Source: Oculina patagonica (lineage: Eukaryota). From it: 64,000 bases of DNA. The first letter of the stretch is position 1, and every line of letters starts with the position of its first letter. The notes below the pieces were generated by a model, which was given only the letters and a program-made list of their open reading frames with translations, searched no databases and was not told the DNA's origin. A program made the position numbers and the translations under genes. Below, in pieces: positions 35,101 to 47,100 of the stretch. The stretch spans positions 26,846,001 to 26,910,000 of the forward strand of contig NC_135770.1 of NCBI RefSeq assembly GCF_052425735.1. The letters run 5' to 3'.

Positions 35101-38100
35101 AGTGTTTCGACGAATTCAACAGTTCGATGAACTTGCAATGAGGCTTCGATCACTTCCAAATCAGTTTCGATGAATACCACCTTCTGACGAATTCAGTGTC
35201 TCGATGAAAAAAAAAGTTCCGAAAAATTCGATAAATCCAATCAATTTAATCGAGTATTCAATAATTTCAATCGAGAATTTAAATGAATTCAAACTTTTGG
35301 TAAATAATAGTTTTAGTAAATTCACAAGATCGAATTTTTAACCCGATATTAAAAAGCCCTTTCATGCACAGCCATTTCGCGTTATAAGAAAAAGATGAAT
35401 TTAAAAGATATATTTTTCACATCTGAATAATATACATGCATATATTTTAGCATGCTCCTTGACTGAGAGCACGTCAATTAATCGCAAACAGTGCAGAAAG
35501 TTGAAATTGAGTGCAAAAAGTTGAAACTGAGTGCAGAAAGGTGAAATTAAATTGACTGACAGGAGTCGCGAAAGCGCGCCAAGACAAAATGACGGCCTTT
35601 GTCAGAGGGTTTAAACAATGCAAAAACATATTGATTCATGCAAAGTTTGATCAATTTAACGCAAATAATTAGTATATAAACCAAAGAACTAGTAAATGGA
35701 CGTTTTGCAGTTCAAGAGAGGCTTTACGAAACTACTGAAAGCTACCAAGCGAGGATTTTCTTACGCGGCAGCTCGTAAAGAAGGAAGATTACAAGCCAGA
35801 ATTCAAATTAAGCATTTTGTTCTTCACCTCCCGCTTCGAACAGCTTCGCTAATTGCGGGAGGTGAAGGACATTGTATATTATATGAGTGTGTAAAATAAA
35901 GTTTTGTCGTTGTCGTTCAGTACAAAATGAATTGACAACTTTACATTCATGATCAAAGAGTTAGTTAACACCATAAGCGCACTAAAAATTGAATAGCTAA
36001 GTTTTTAAACTTCCTTGACATATCAAGGCGTATGTACTTGCAACATATACGTATAGCCGTTGCATTTGCCTGTTGAAATTTTTTATTGTTTTCGAGCTAA
36101 CAAAATTTGAAGAAAACTAAAGAATTATTCATGAAGTCGAAGACCTTTCATAGTCACTCATTAGCCATGCACTTCGAGGATAATAAAGAGATAAAGTTGT
36201 GTCGCAAATAATCTTTTCCAATCAGTGAAAGGAAAATACGCTTCTGAAAAGTCTATTCAACTGGCTTGGATTCGAAGTTTGGGTTATTTAGCATGATTGG
36301 GTTTCAATGGCTCGATATTTTTCGTGAGTAGGTCATTGTGCATTAACATCCGTTGCATTTGCCTTCCTTTCAATCAACCCACATCGGGTTTTCATGATGG
36401 GTTTGCCAAGATGTCTAATTAGTTCTGTTTTCCGAGGACACATTATTGGAAGGAGAGTGGTGAACAAAAGAAGGAAGTCCTGAAAAACTTTTTAAAAAGA
36501 GAAACGTGCGTCTTAGCTTTGCAAAAAGCATTGAACTGCTAACACCATTTAAAACTCAGAATAGATAAAATTCAAATGCGAGAGCGGAAAAGTATTTAAA
36601 ACAAATCTAAAAACGCTTATAAAAGAAGAACCACTGTTTGTGAGCACGGAAAAATCAACATTATTGTATCAAGATCAAGATCTACAAAGTGAAATCATGA
36701 ATTCAAGCGAAGTTTCTTCCCCGGCGATACCTGCCGAATGTGAAATCTACGTTTTCCTCAAAGGAAAACTTGACCATATAACTCCTGAAGTTTCTGCCGC
36801 CTTGGTTTCGACCGCCGTCATCAACAGTGTGACGTTTCCATTCACAATTGTACTCAATCTGTTGGTGATGATCGCCGTGAAAACCAAACCGCGCTTGAGA
36901 ACGATGTCCAACGTCGTTGTGGCGTGTCTAGCGGCTACGGACACGATGGTGGGGCTCATTGTCCAACCTTTGCGGATCCCCGTAGCGATATTTACCCTTC
37001 AAGGCGACTCTTCAAGCAAATCATGTTCACTTCAAGCAACAATAAGACATTTGGCGAGATTTTTATGCGGATCATCGCTCATTCACTTGGTTTTAATGAG
37101 CGGGAAACGTTTGTTAGCTATTTCTTATCCGTACAAGTACACCACCACCGTCACCGAAGGACACATACTGGTTGCCTCCGCCATTGCATGGGTCACAATT
37201 GCTTCAATTAGTTTTCCTACCTTCACTGATTATGATGCCCTTCTTTCCGTAAACAACGCAGCTTTGGTTCTGTTTGTAGCCATCATTATCACAGGCCAGT
37301 TTGTACTTTACAGAGAGGCTCGTCGGCATGAAAAAGAAATTCTCTCCCAGCAAGTGTCAGCAGAGTCAAGAGAAAAATTCTTAAAAGAAAAAAAGGCCTT
37401 AAAATTGACAACGTGTATCGTTGTCGCAGTGCTGATATGTTATTTACCAATATTTGTCGTTCGAATAATTGTTTCTAGAGTCTCATTGAATGTTGCTTAT
37501 ATAATTTTTTTCGTTGGAGGTTTTTTCCCAGTTATCAATTCGTTAATTAATCCAATTATTTACGCGGCAAGAATAAGGCCATTTCGTGTAGCGTTTGTTG
37601 AAATTTTGTTGCGGAAAAGCTACACACAAGCGGAACAGTTCGAGATGCGCGTGTTTGGATCACCAAACGATGTGGGCATTGTTCAAACTGGGCAGGAACG
37701 TGATATCAACCAGCAAGACGAGGGACAAGAAAACATCATCCCAAGTAACGCCATAGACAAGGATGTCAAATACAGCGGAGGAACAAGATAAACCAACACC
37801 GAACGCGAGCGTGTGAAACAGCTGTAATTTTCTTTAAATTAAAGTGTTGGCAATTATTGACAGTAACTTAAATCCGTTTACAAGTTCAAGTTATTTAAGA
37901 TAATAAATTCTTTCCCATGTGGTACACAATTTTTAAGTCGTTGTATTCAGCGAAATATGTAAAAATAATATTACAGTCCCAATAAAGTCCCAAATGCTCC
38001 AGGGCTCGAAGAAAAACTGACTAGTTGTTATAATTTGCATGATCAAAAATATGTTATTGCGCAGGATAAATGCATTTCGATTGCTCAGTTGTTCAAATAA

Positions 38101-41100
38101 ACGAATTCAGCAACATATTTTCCAGTTCGCAGTAAATGAATTATTTTCAAGACAGTTTTTGCCTGGAAGATCAACAAAAAGTGGTTACCATAGCCGTACG
38201 GACACCTTTCGACCTGGGGAGGGGGGGGGGGGGGAGACGGGGACGGAGACCTTATTGTCCGAAAAAAGACCATGCGTTAAAAGCCGGATAAAGAGGCACA
38301 TAAAGTGGACAACGAAACGTGCGTGAATTAAAAGAGTGGTATACAAACCTCTTCTGCTTGCTTAAAGGAAACGATAGTTTTGTTTTAATTTCGTGGTGTT
38401 GCCCGAAGATGTCAATGCACTGTATCCCTTTTTCGGAAATTTTTATTTATCCTCTCGAGTTCAGCAAAAATAAAAACTATTTTTGGGGAGCCAATTTAAA
38501 TTGTTTTCCCTCCCCCTACTTTAAAGTGATACAAAAGCGTGTTAAGAAAGTGTCCATCTGAAATCCATCAGTATTAACATTTGAGTCTACATCAATCCTC
38601 TCAGATTTCCTTTATATTTTGCACGGGGCTACAAATTGAGGTGAAAATATCATTAATTCGCAAGATTCTTTACGAATGAATGATATAGGTACCTATATAG
38701 CGCATTTACAAAGCTTAATAGGCTTTACAGTTACAATTTTATTTGATGAGACCGGACAATAGCATATCAGGCGCCTTTGGCAGCCACTATTCGTCCATAT
38801 ATATGATCTCATCACACCACCCAACCCATAGAATAGAAACAGACCACAACACCGGGAACTTCGTGCCCTACTCTACTCGCGCGATAGAGGTCAACGTGCC
38901 CATAGTCGGTTTTGAGCCAAACAATACCCACATTTTGACCTAACTTTCGACCAAATATCTCTGCACGCATTGAAGCTTTCCAAATCAAAACACCATTTTA
39001 ATTAACAGATTAAAATCACCCGATACAATTTTAATTATACCATCAAGATTTGGTAGTAAACCTATTTTAAAAATAGGGTCTAGAGAGGCTCCTGTAAAAA
39101 GACAATGATTTTAGTGTGAAATTACGTTTAAATTAATATCGCCGATGCGGCGTTATTCTAATGGTTCCATTAGCCATGATTTTGTGAAACATTTACCAAA
39201 TAATAAATTAAAGAGAAAAAAGTTTGTACAGTTCAAATGGCACGTATGATTTTAGCGTACTAAAATGTGCTACACGTGAGTACAATAAAAACAAAGTTCT
39301 GAAAGTTTTAGAACAAGTTTCATAACACGATGGATAGGTCGGCTGAAGACGTGAAACATAACGCTTAGATACAGTCAATAAAACTTGTAATATCTAAAGT
39401 GCCCTTAAATACAGACTTACGGCGTGAAAAAGGGTAGACAAGTCATTCGCCATGTTCATCATCGACTGACTTCAGGCGTATCCTCACGAGCAGTTTGATG
39501 CAGAAAGAGAAAACGTCGCTAACTTCTGTCTGCCAGGTAGTTATAATGTTCACAAACAATTCTGCAAGGCTTTAGATTCCACTTGTCTCATAAACGAAGG
39601 CCTCAGTACTTCACATTTTCAGAAGTCTGGTAAGTTACTTTTCACCCGGCCGGGCGCCATGTTGTGTTAGACTAGTACCCAGTCTCTTAAGACTTGCTTA
39701 AGTGCTCAATCAAAACGTTAACGTTGGATAGACCATTGTTTTTTCTGGAAGCGCAGTATTCAAGACAGAAAATTGTTTCACTGTCGTTCTCTGCGCAAAC
39801 AATTTTTCCGACTGCACCTTTCTGTTGGCAATGTTTCTTGATTTCTGCTAACAATTTGTTTGGGCTTTTTTGCTATTGCAAACAATTTCTTTTCAGGATT
39901 TTTAATCCCGCTCCTCCAAAAATTACTGTAATGCTTGAATTATAGCGTTGATGTGAAAACCATTCAAAGGCCTTGTTAACAAGATCGCGCAGTTCGATTT
40001 TGTTAATTACGGGTACTGGGATTACATACCCAACTGGACTTCACTCAGTCCTTATACACTGTGGCTATATTCACATCCTCTCTGGCTCCCGTTCATGCCA
40101 TATTGCAGATTAACGTGATATGTGGAATTTTTAAAGCAGCTTATACGCGAAATTACTTTTAAATTAACGTAAATGAACAAGGATAGTTATGAATGAAAAG
40201 AATCTGGACGGATAACGAAAGCCAAACTTGAGAAAATAAGTCTCTCTTCAAGATGCGCTAGCTGAGCATTCTTGCATTGATCGCTTAAAAGTGGCGATGA
40301 GTATCATCACCAACTGAGGTACGTGTTATGCTATGTGCCAGACATCTCCGGTGCACCGCCATTTTAAATGCGAATCAAAGGGGCCTAAGGACAAGGTTGT
40401 GATGGTATGAATGTCGTCGTCACTTTGTTTCAAGAATTATCTCTCAAAAGAACGCAGAATAACTTCTCAATTGTTCCTTATCTCTACTTATTCTTCATAG
40501 CGTGCGCGAGCACAAAATGGTGGGTTGGGTGGGGGTGTATGTTTTCATGTCGCTGACATATCGCAGATCTGAAAACCATAAACGCCAGACGAGACCGTAC
40601 TTGTAGAATATCGGCCCTCGTTCTTTTTTCTGTTTAGACTCCCAGAACGGCCCTTGCACTTGGTCAATAAGATGTATGTCGAGAGGCAGTGGTCAGGGGC
40701 AGGAGATCATCTTAAAATAACGCGTGATTGCTTATGCATTTCATGATTGTTCCAATCTTGTACTTCGAGTGCTCGCTCCTAACTGACAAACTGCACAAAA
40801 CTGACGCAACGAGCGACTATCGAGGGATTCGTTGCAGAATCAAGTACGTTTAGGTTTGCTTTTAAAATCTAGGCATGCACAGTTCAACCGAAAGTACGAT
40901 ATTTTCCGATTTCGTCTCCAGCGATGATTTTGGTCAGCACCAAGAATCGAGACCTTTGAGCGACACTGAAAGCCCGCCCAAAAGACGACCAAATCTGATT
41001 GGCTGTTGAAAACGTTTTCATTTCCATTTAATTTTCTAAAACGTCACATAAAAATGACAGCAAGTCTTCCTGTTAAATACATATGTCATGTATTTTCGGC

Positions 41101-44100
41101 ATATGAAATGTGTACTTTTTTCAGTAAAAGGTGTACGAAAGGGGCGCCAATTTTCGTCTTAAGAGCGACTTTCTCCAATAATCAACTAAAATCGACTTTC
41201 GCCGGCACAAGTAGAAAAATCGATTTCGCTCATATTTGGTCCATATTTAGGCCATAGTGAGAAACCAAATGGACTGTAGTTAGTTTTTCCTAGATGAAGA
41301 TGAAGTTGTGTCGCAAATAATCTTTTTTAATCAGGGAAAGGAAAATGCGCTTCTAAAAAGTCTATTGTAAACAACAGGCATGGATTCGAAGTTTGGGTTA
41401 TTTAGCATGATTAGGCTTCAATGGCTCGATATTTTTCGTGAGTACGTCATTGTGTTTTAACTTCCGTTCCATTTCCCTTCCTTTCAATCAACCCACATCG
41501 TGTTTCATGATGGATTTGCCAAGATGTCTAATTAGTTCTGTTTTCCGAGGACACATTATTGGAAGGCGAGGAGTGAACAATAAAAGGAAGTACTGAAAAC
41601 CTTTGTAATAAGAGAAACGTGCGTCTTAGCTTTGCAAAAAAGCAGTGAATTGTTTACACCTTTTAAAACTCAGAATAGATAAAATGCAACTGCGAGAGCG
41701 GAAAAGTATTTAAAACAAATCTAAAAACGCTTATAAAAGAAGAACCACTGTTTGTGAGCACGGAAAAATCAACATTATTGCATCAAGACCAAGATCTACA
41801 AAGTGAAATCATGAATTCAAGCGAAGTTTCTTCCCCGGCGATACCTGTCGAATGTGAAATTTACGTTTTCCTCAAAGGAAAACTTGACCATATAACTCCT
41901 AAAGTTTATGCTACCTTGGTTTCGACCGCCGTCATCAACAGCGTGACGTTTCCATTCACAATTGTACTCAATCTGTTGGTGATGATCGCCGTGAAAACCA
42001 AACCGCGCTTGAGAACGAAGTCCAACGTCGTTGTGGCGTGTCTAGCGGCTACGGACACGATGGTGGGGCTCATTGTCCAACCTTTGCGGATCCCCGTAGC
42101 GATATTTACCCTTCAAGGCGACTCTTCAAGCAAATCATGTGCACTTCAAGCAACAATAAGACATTTGGCGAGATTTTTATGCGGATCATCGCTCATTCAC
42201 TTGGTTGTGATGAGCGTGGAACGTTTTTTAGCTATTTCTTATCCGTACAAGTACACCACCACCGTCACCGAAGGACGCATACTGGTTGCCTCCGCCATTG
42301 CATGGGTCACAATTGCTTCAATTAGTTTTCCTACCTTCACTGATTATGATGCCCTTCTTTCCGTAAACAACGCAGCTTTGGTTCTGTTTCTAGCCATCAT
42401 TATCATAGGACAGTTTGTACTTTACAGAGAGGCTCGTCGGCATGAAAAAGAAATTCTCTCCCAGCAAGTGTCAGCAGAGGCAAGAGAAAAATTCTTAAAA
42501 GAAAAAAAGGCCTTAAAATTGACAACGTTTATCGTTGTCGCAGTGCTGATATGTTATTTACCAATAATTGTCGTTCGAATAATTGTTTCTAGAGTCTCAT
42601 TGAATGTTGCTTATATAATTTTTTTCGTTGGAGGTTTTCTCCCAGTTATCAATTCGTTAATTAATCCAATTATTTACGCGGCAAGAATAAGGCCATTTCG
42701 TGTAGCGTTTGTTGAAATTTTGTTGCGGAAAAGCTACACACAAGCGGAACAGTTCGAGATGCGCGTTTTTGGATCACCAAACGATGTGGGCATTGTTCAG
42801 ACCGGACAGGAACGAGATATCAACCAGCAGCAAGAGGGACAAGAAAGCATCATCCCCAGTAACGCCATTGATGTGATCTCAAACCTCGAGACAAGGATGT
42901 CAAATACAGCCGAGGAACAAGATATATAAACCAACACCGAACGCGAGCGTATGAAACAGCTGCAATTTGCTTTAATTAAAGTGTTGGCAATTACTGACAG
43001 TAACTTAAATCCGTTTACAAGTTCAAGTTATTTAAGATAATGAATGCTGTCCCATGTGGTACACAATTTTTAAGTCTTTGTATTTAGCGAAATATGTAAA
43101 AATAATTTAACACTACCAATAAAGTCCCAAATGCTCCAGGGCTCGAAGAAAAGCTGACTAGTAGTTATAATTGGCCTGAGCAATATGCTATTGCACAGGA
43201 TAAATGCATTCAATTGCTCAGTTGTTCAAATAAACGAATTCAGCGACATATTTTCCAGTTCGCAATAAATAAATTATTTCTAAGACAGTTTTTGCCCTGA
43301 AGATCAACAAAAAGTGGTTACCATAGGCGTGTGGATAACTTTCGACCCGGGGGAGGGGGAGGTGGGGGAAGACCTTATTGTCCAAATAAAGACCATGCAT
43401 TGAAAGCTAGACTGCAAAATAGTCGTATCTTTTGCTAACGTGCTCGGTCTTCGAACGAGAGCGAGAGGTCTGGGGCCAATGTCAAAATTCTGAGTGAGAC
43501 TGGGGAGAGTGCTTTTCCAACGACTTTAGAGAAAAACGACTGTTTTGCAGTCTAGTTAAAAGCCGGATAAAGAGGCACACAAAGTGGAAAACGAAACGTG
43601 CGTGCATTAAAAGAGTGGTATACAAACCTCTTCTGCTTGCTTGAAGGAAACGATAATTCCATGGCATTGCCCGAAGATGTCAATGCGCTGTATCCCTTTT
43701 TTTCGGAAATATTTTATTTATCCTCTCGAGTTCAGCAAAAATTAAACTATTCTTGGGGAGCCGAATCATATTGTTTTCCCCTCCCCTCCCCCACTTTAAA
43801 GTCATACAAAAGCGTGTTAAAAAAAAGGTCCATCTGAAATCCATACAGTATTAAAATTCGAGTCTACATCAACCCTCTCGGATTTCCTTTATATTTTGCA
43901 TGGGGCTACAAATAAATAAATAAATAAATAATAATCATTTCTATAGCGCTATTTAGCTAATCTTTCATAGCGCTTTACAATCACTATGCTAAAAAAAAAA
44001 AATAAAATTGAGGTGAAAATGCTGTAAGTAGAATATTACCGCAAAATTCTTTACGAATGAATGATATAGGTGCTTATATAACGCATTTACAAAGCTCAAT

Positions 44101-47100
44101 AGGCTTCACAGTTACAATTTTATTGGATGAGACCGGACATCAGCATATCAGCCCTTGGCAGCCGCTATCCGTCCGTGTATATGATCTCATCACACCAGCC
44201 AACCCATAGAATAGAAACAGACCACAACACCGGGAACTTCGTGCCCTACTCTACACGAGGTCAACGTGCCCATGGTCGGTTTGGAGCCAAAAAATACCCC
44301 TGGACTTCACTCAGTCCTTATACACTGTGGTTATATCCACCTTCTCTCTAGCTCCTATTCATGCCATATTGCAGATCAATGTGCTATATGGAATTTTTCA
44401 AGCAGCTCACACACAAAATTCCTTTTAAATTAATTAAAACACCAATGAATGAGTGGTTATCTATTGAAAGCCAGATAAATAAAAGTTCACTTCCCATTTG
44501 TTTTCATACTGTTTGGGCACACCTTGCAGAAGTTGACATTATTTTCTGCTGAGTTGCAGAATTCATCAGATCAGAATTGCAACATTATTTCATTGCAAAT
44601 GTAAAGTGATATTTACAGCCTGTTTTGAAATTACTTCCGGTGGAAGCAATAAAAGCTGAAAATTTGTGTTTCCGTTAGAAGTTGAATGCATCGCCGTTAG
44701 AAAAAAGTAGCATCCATTTCACGGGAAATGTAGCCGTTAGCAATGGCATAAGTAGCCGTTACGTAAAGAATAACATGAGGTTAAGCGTCTTTTGGCAGTA
44801 TCCAATAGATCAGTGTGCCATTTAAAACTGTATCCATCTTTGCCTTGATCAAGTTGTTGAAAGTTCGTTTTTACTGACACTTCCATAATCTAGACTGCGT
44901 AGCAGGCGTACTCTTTTGATTGATTTTTTTTGTTTCCAGCTTTCCTGTAGCCAATTCTTACAATAAATGTAAATGAATGAAATACTGTAAATGATTTAAT
45001 AAACGCCAACTCTGAAAAAACGCCGCGTTTAAAAATCAAAAATAAAAAAAAATGGTTTCAAACATCAGCTGCTCTTTGCATTTTCGATGTTGGGAAAGTC
45101 AAATTACAAACATTTTTCTGCAGATTTCTGTTCAGATTTTATTGGGAGTGTAATATTATTTTACATATTTCGTTTGGGACAACGACTTAAAAATTGTGTA
45201 CCGCATGAAAAAGCATTCATTCAAATGACTTGAACTTGTAAACGGATTTAAGTTACTGTCAGTAATTGCTGTTTCATACGCTCGCGTCAACGTTCGGTGT
45301 TGGTTTGTCATGTTCCTCGGCTGTATTTGACATCCTTGTCTCGAGGTTTGGGATCACATCAATGGCGTTACTAAGGATGATGTTTTCTTGTTCCTCTTCT
45401 TGCTGGTTGATATCTCGTTCCTGTCCAGTTTGAACAATGCCCACAGCGTTTGGTGATCCAAACACGCGCATCTCCATCTGTTCCGCTTGCTTGTAGCTTT
45501 TCCGCAACAAAATTTCAAAAAACGCTACACGAAATGGCCTTATTCTTGCCGCGTAAATGATTGGATTAATTAACGAATTGATAATTGGGAGAAATCCTCC
45601 AACGTAATAAATTATAAAAGAAACATTTAATGGGACTTTAGAAACAATTATTCGAACGACAAATATTGGTAAATAACATATCAGCACTGCAACAACGATA
45701 AACGTTGTCAATTTTAAGGCCTTCTTTTCTTTTAAGAATTTTTCTCTGGCCTCTGCTGAAACTTGCTGTGAGAGAATTTCTTTTTCATGCCGACGAGCCT
45801 CTCTGTAAAGTACAAACTGTCCTATGATAACGATGGCTAGAGACAGAAGTAAAGCTACGGTGTTTATGGAAAGAAGGACATCATTTATAGCAGCGGAAAT
45901 AGGAAAACTAATTAAAGCAACTGTGACCCATGCAATGGCGGAGGCAACCAGTATGCGTCCTTCAGTGACGGTGGTGGTGTACTGGTACGGATAAGAAATA
46001 GCTAAAAAACGTTCCCCACTCATTAGAACCAAGTGAATGAGCGATGTTCCGCATAAAAACCTCGACACATTTCTTGCTGTTTCCTGAAGAATACATGATT
46101 CACTTGATGTGTCGCCTTGAAGGATGAATATCCCTACCGAGATCCGCAAAGGTTGGACAATCAGTCCCACCATCGTGTCCGTAGCCGCTAGACACGCCAC
46201 AACGACGTTGGACATCGTTCTCAAGCGCGGTTTGGTTTTCACGGCGATCATCACCAGTAGATTAAGTACAATTGTGAAAGGAAGCGTCAGAGTGTTAATG
46301 GCGGTTCCCGAAACCACGGTGGCATAAACTTCAGCAGTTAAATTGTCAGGCTTACAATCGAGTAAAGCATAGATTATACATCCGGCAGGTATCGCCCGGC
46401 GAGAAACTTCGGTTGAATTCATATCTTTGCTTTCTGGATCTGGTTTTTATAGAGTAATGTTGATTTTTTCGTGCTAAGCGATAACAGTGCTTCTTCTTTT
46501 ATAAGCGTTTCCTTAGACTTTTTTGGCTTTTTCGGCTTTTCCGCTATTGCATTTGCATTTCATCTCATTTAAGGAGGTGTTGGCCATTCTCTGCTTTTTA
46601 GCAGTGAATGGTTCGTTCCTCCTATTTAAAAAGTTTTTAGTACTTCCTTCTATTGTTCCCCCCTCTCTTTCTCATAATGCGTCCTCGGAAAAACAGTATT
46701 AATAAGACATCTTTGCAAATCCATGATGAAAACAGAATGTGAGTTGATTGAAAAGAAAGTAATTGCAACGGATGTTAAAACACAATGACCTGCTCACGAA
46801 AACATCGAGTATTTGAAGCCCAATAAAGAGCCTAAACTTCGAATCCAAGCTATTTGTATTCTAAAAGACTTAACAAACAAAGCATTACCCTTTTACTAAT
46901 TGGAAAAGATTATTTGCGACACAAATTAAGGGCCATTTATTAAATAAAATTTCAGTTAAAATACAAAGAAACAGGCTAACATGTAACAATGATGGAAAGA
47001 TGGACTTCAATATTCGGCTTTTAAACGTTGAGTTATTTCTTTACTGCACTGAATATTCCATTGAATATGACAGTAAAAATTATTACACATAATAACATAG

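Noticed and set aside
36640-36696. GTG/TTG-initiated N-terminal extension (MSTEKSTLL...) of GPCR copies 1-4 in the ORF track
   Set aside because: The GTG lies only about 16 nt after the TATA box, and the homologous leader of copy 5 is one base out of frame, so it is treated as 5' UTR and the first ATG is used
38039-44552. Similar short ORFs repeated after GPCR copies 3 and 4 ([17 protein letters not shown])
   Set aside because: Products of the duplicated 3' flank; frames and lengths are not conserved between copies
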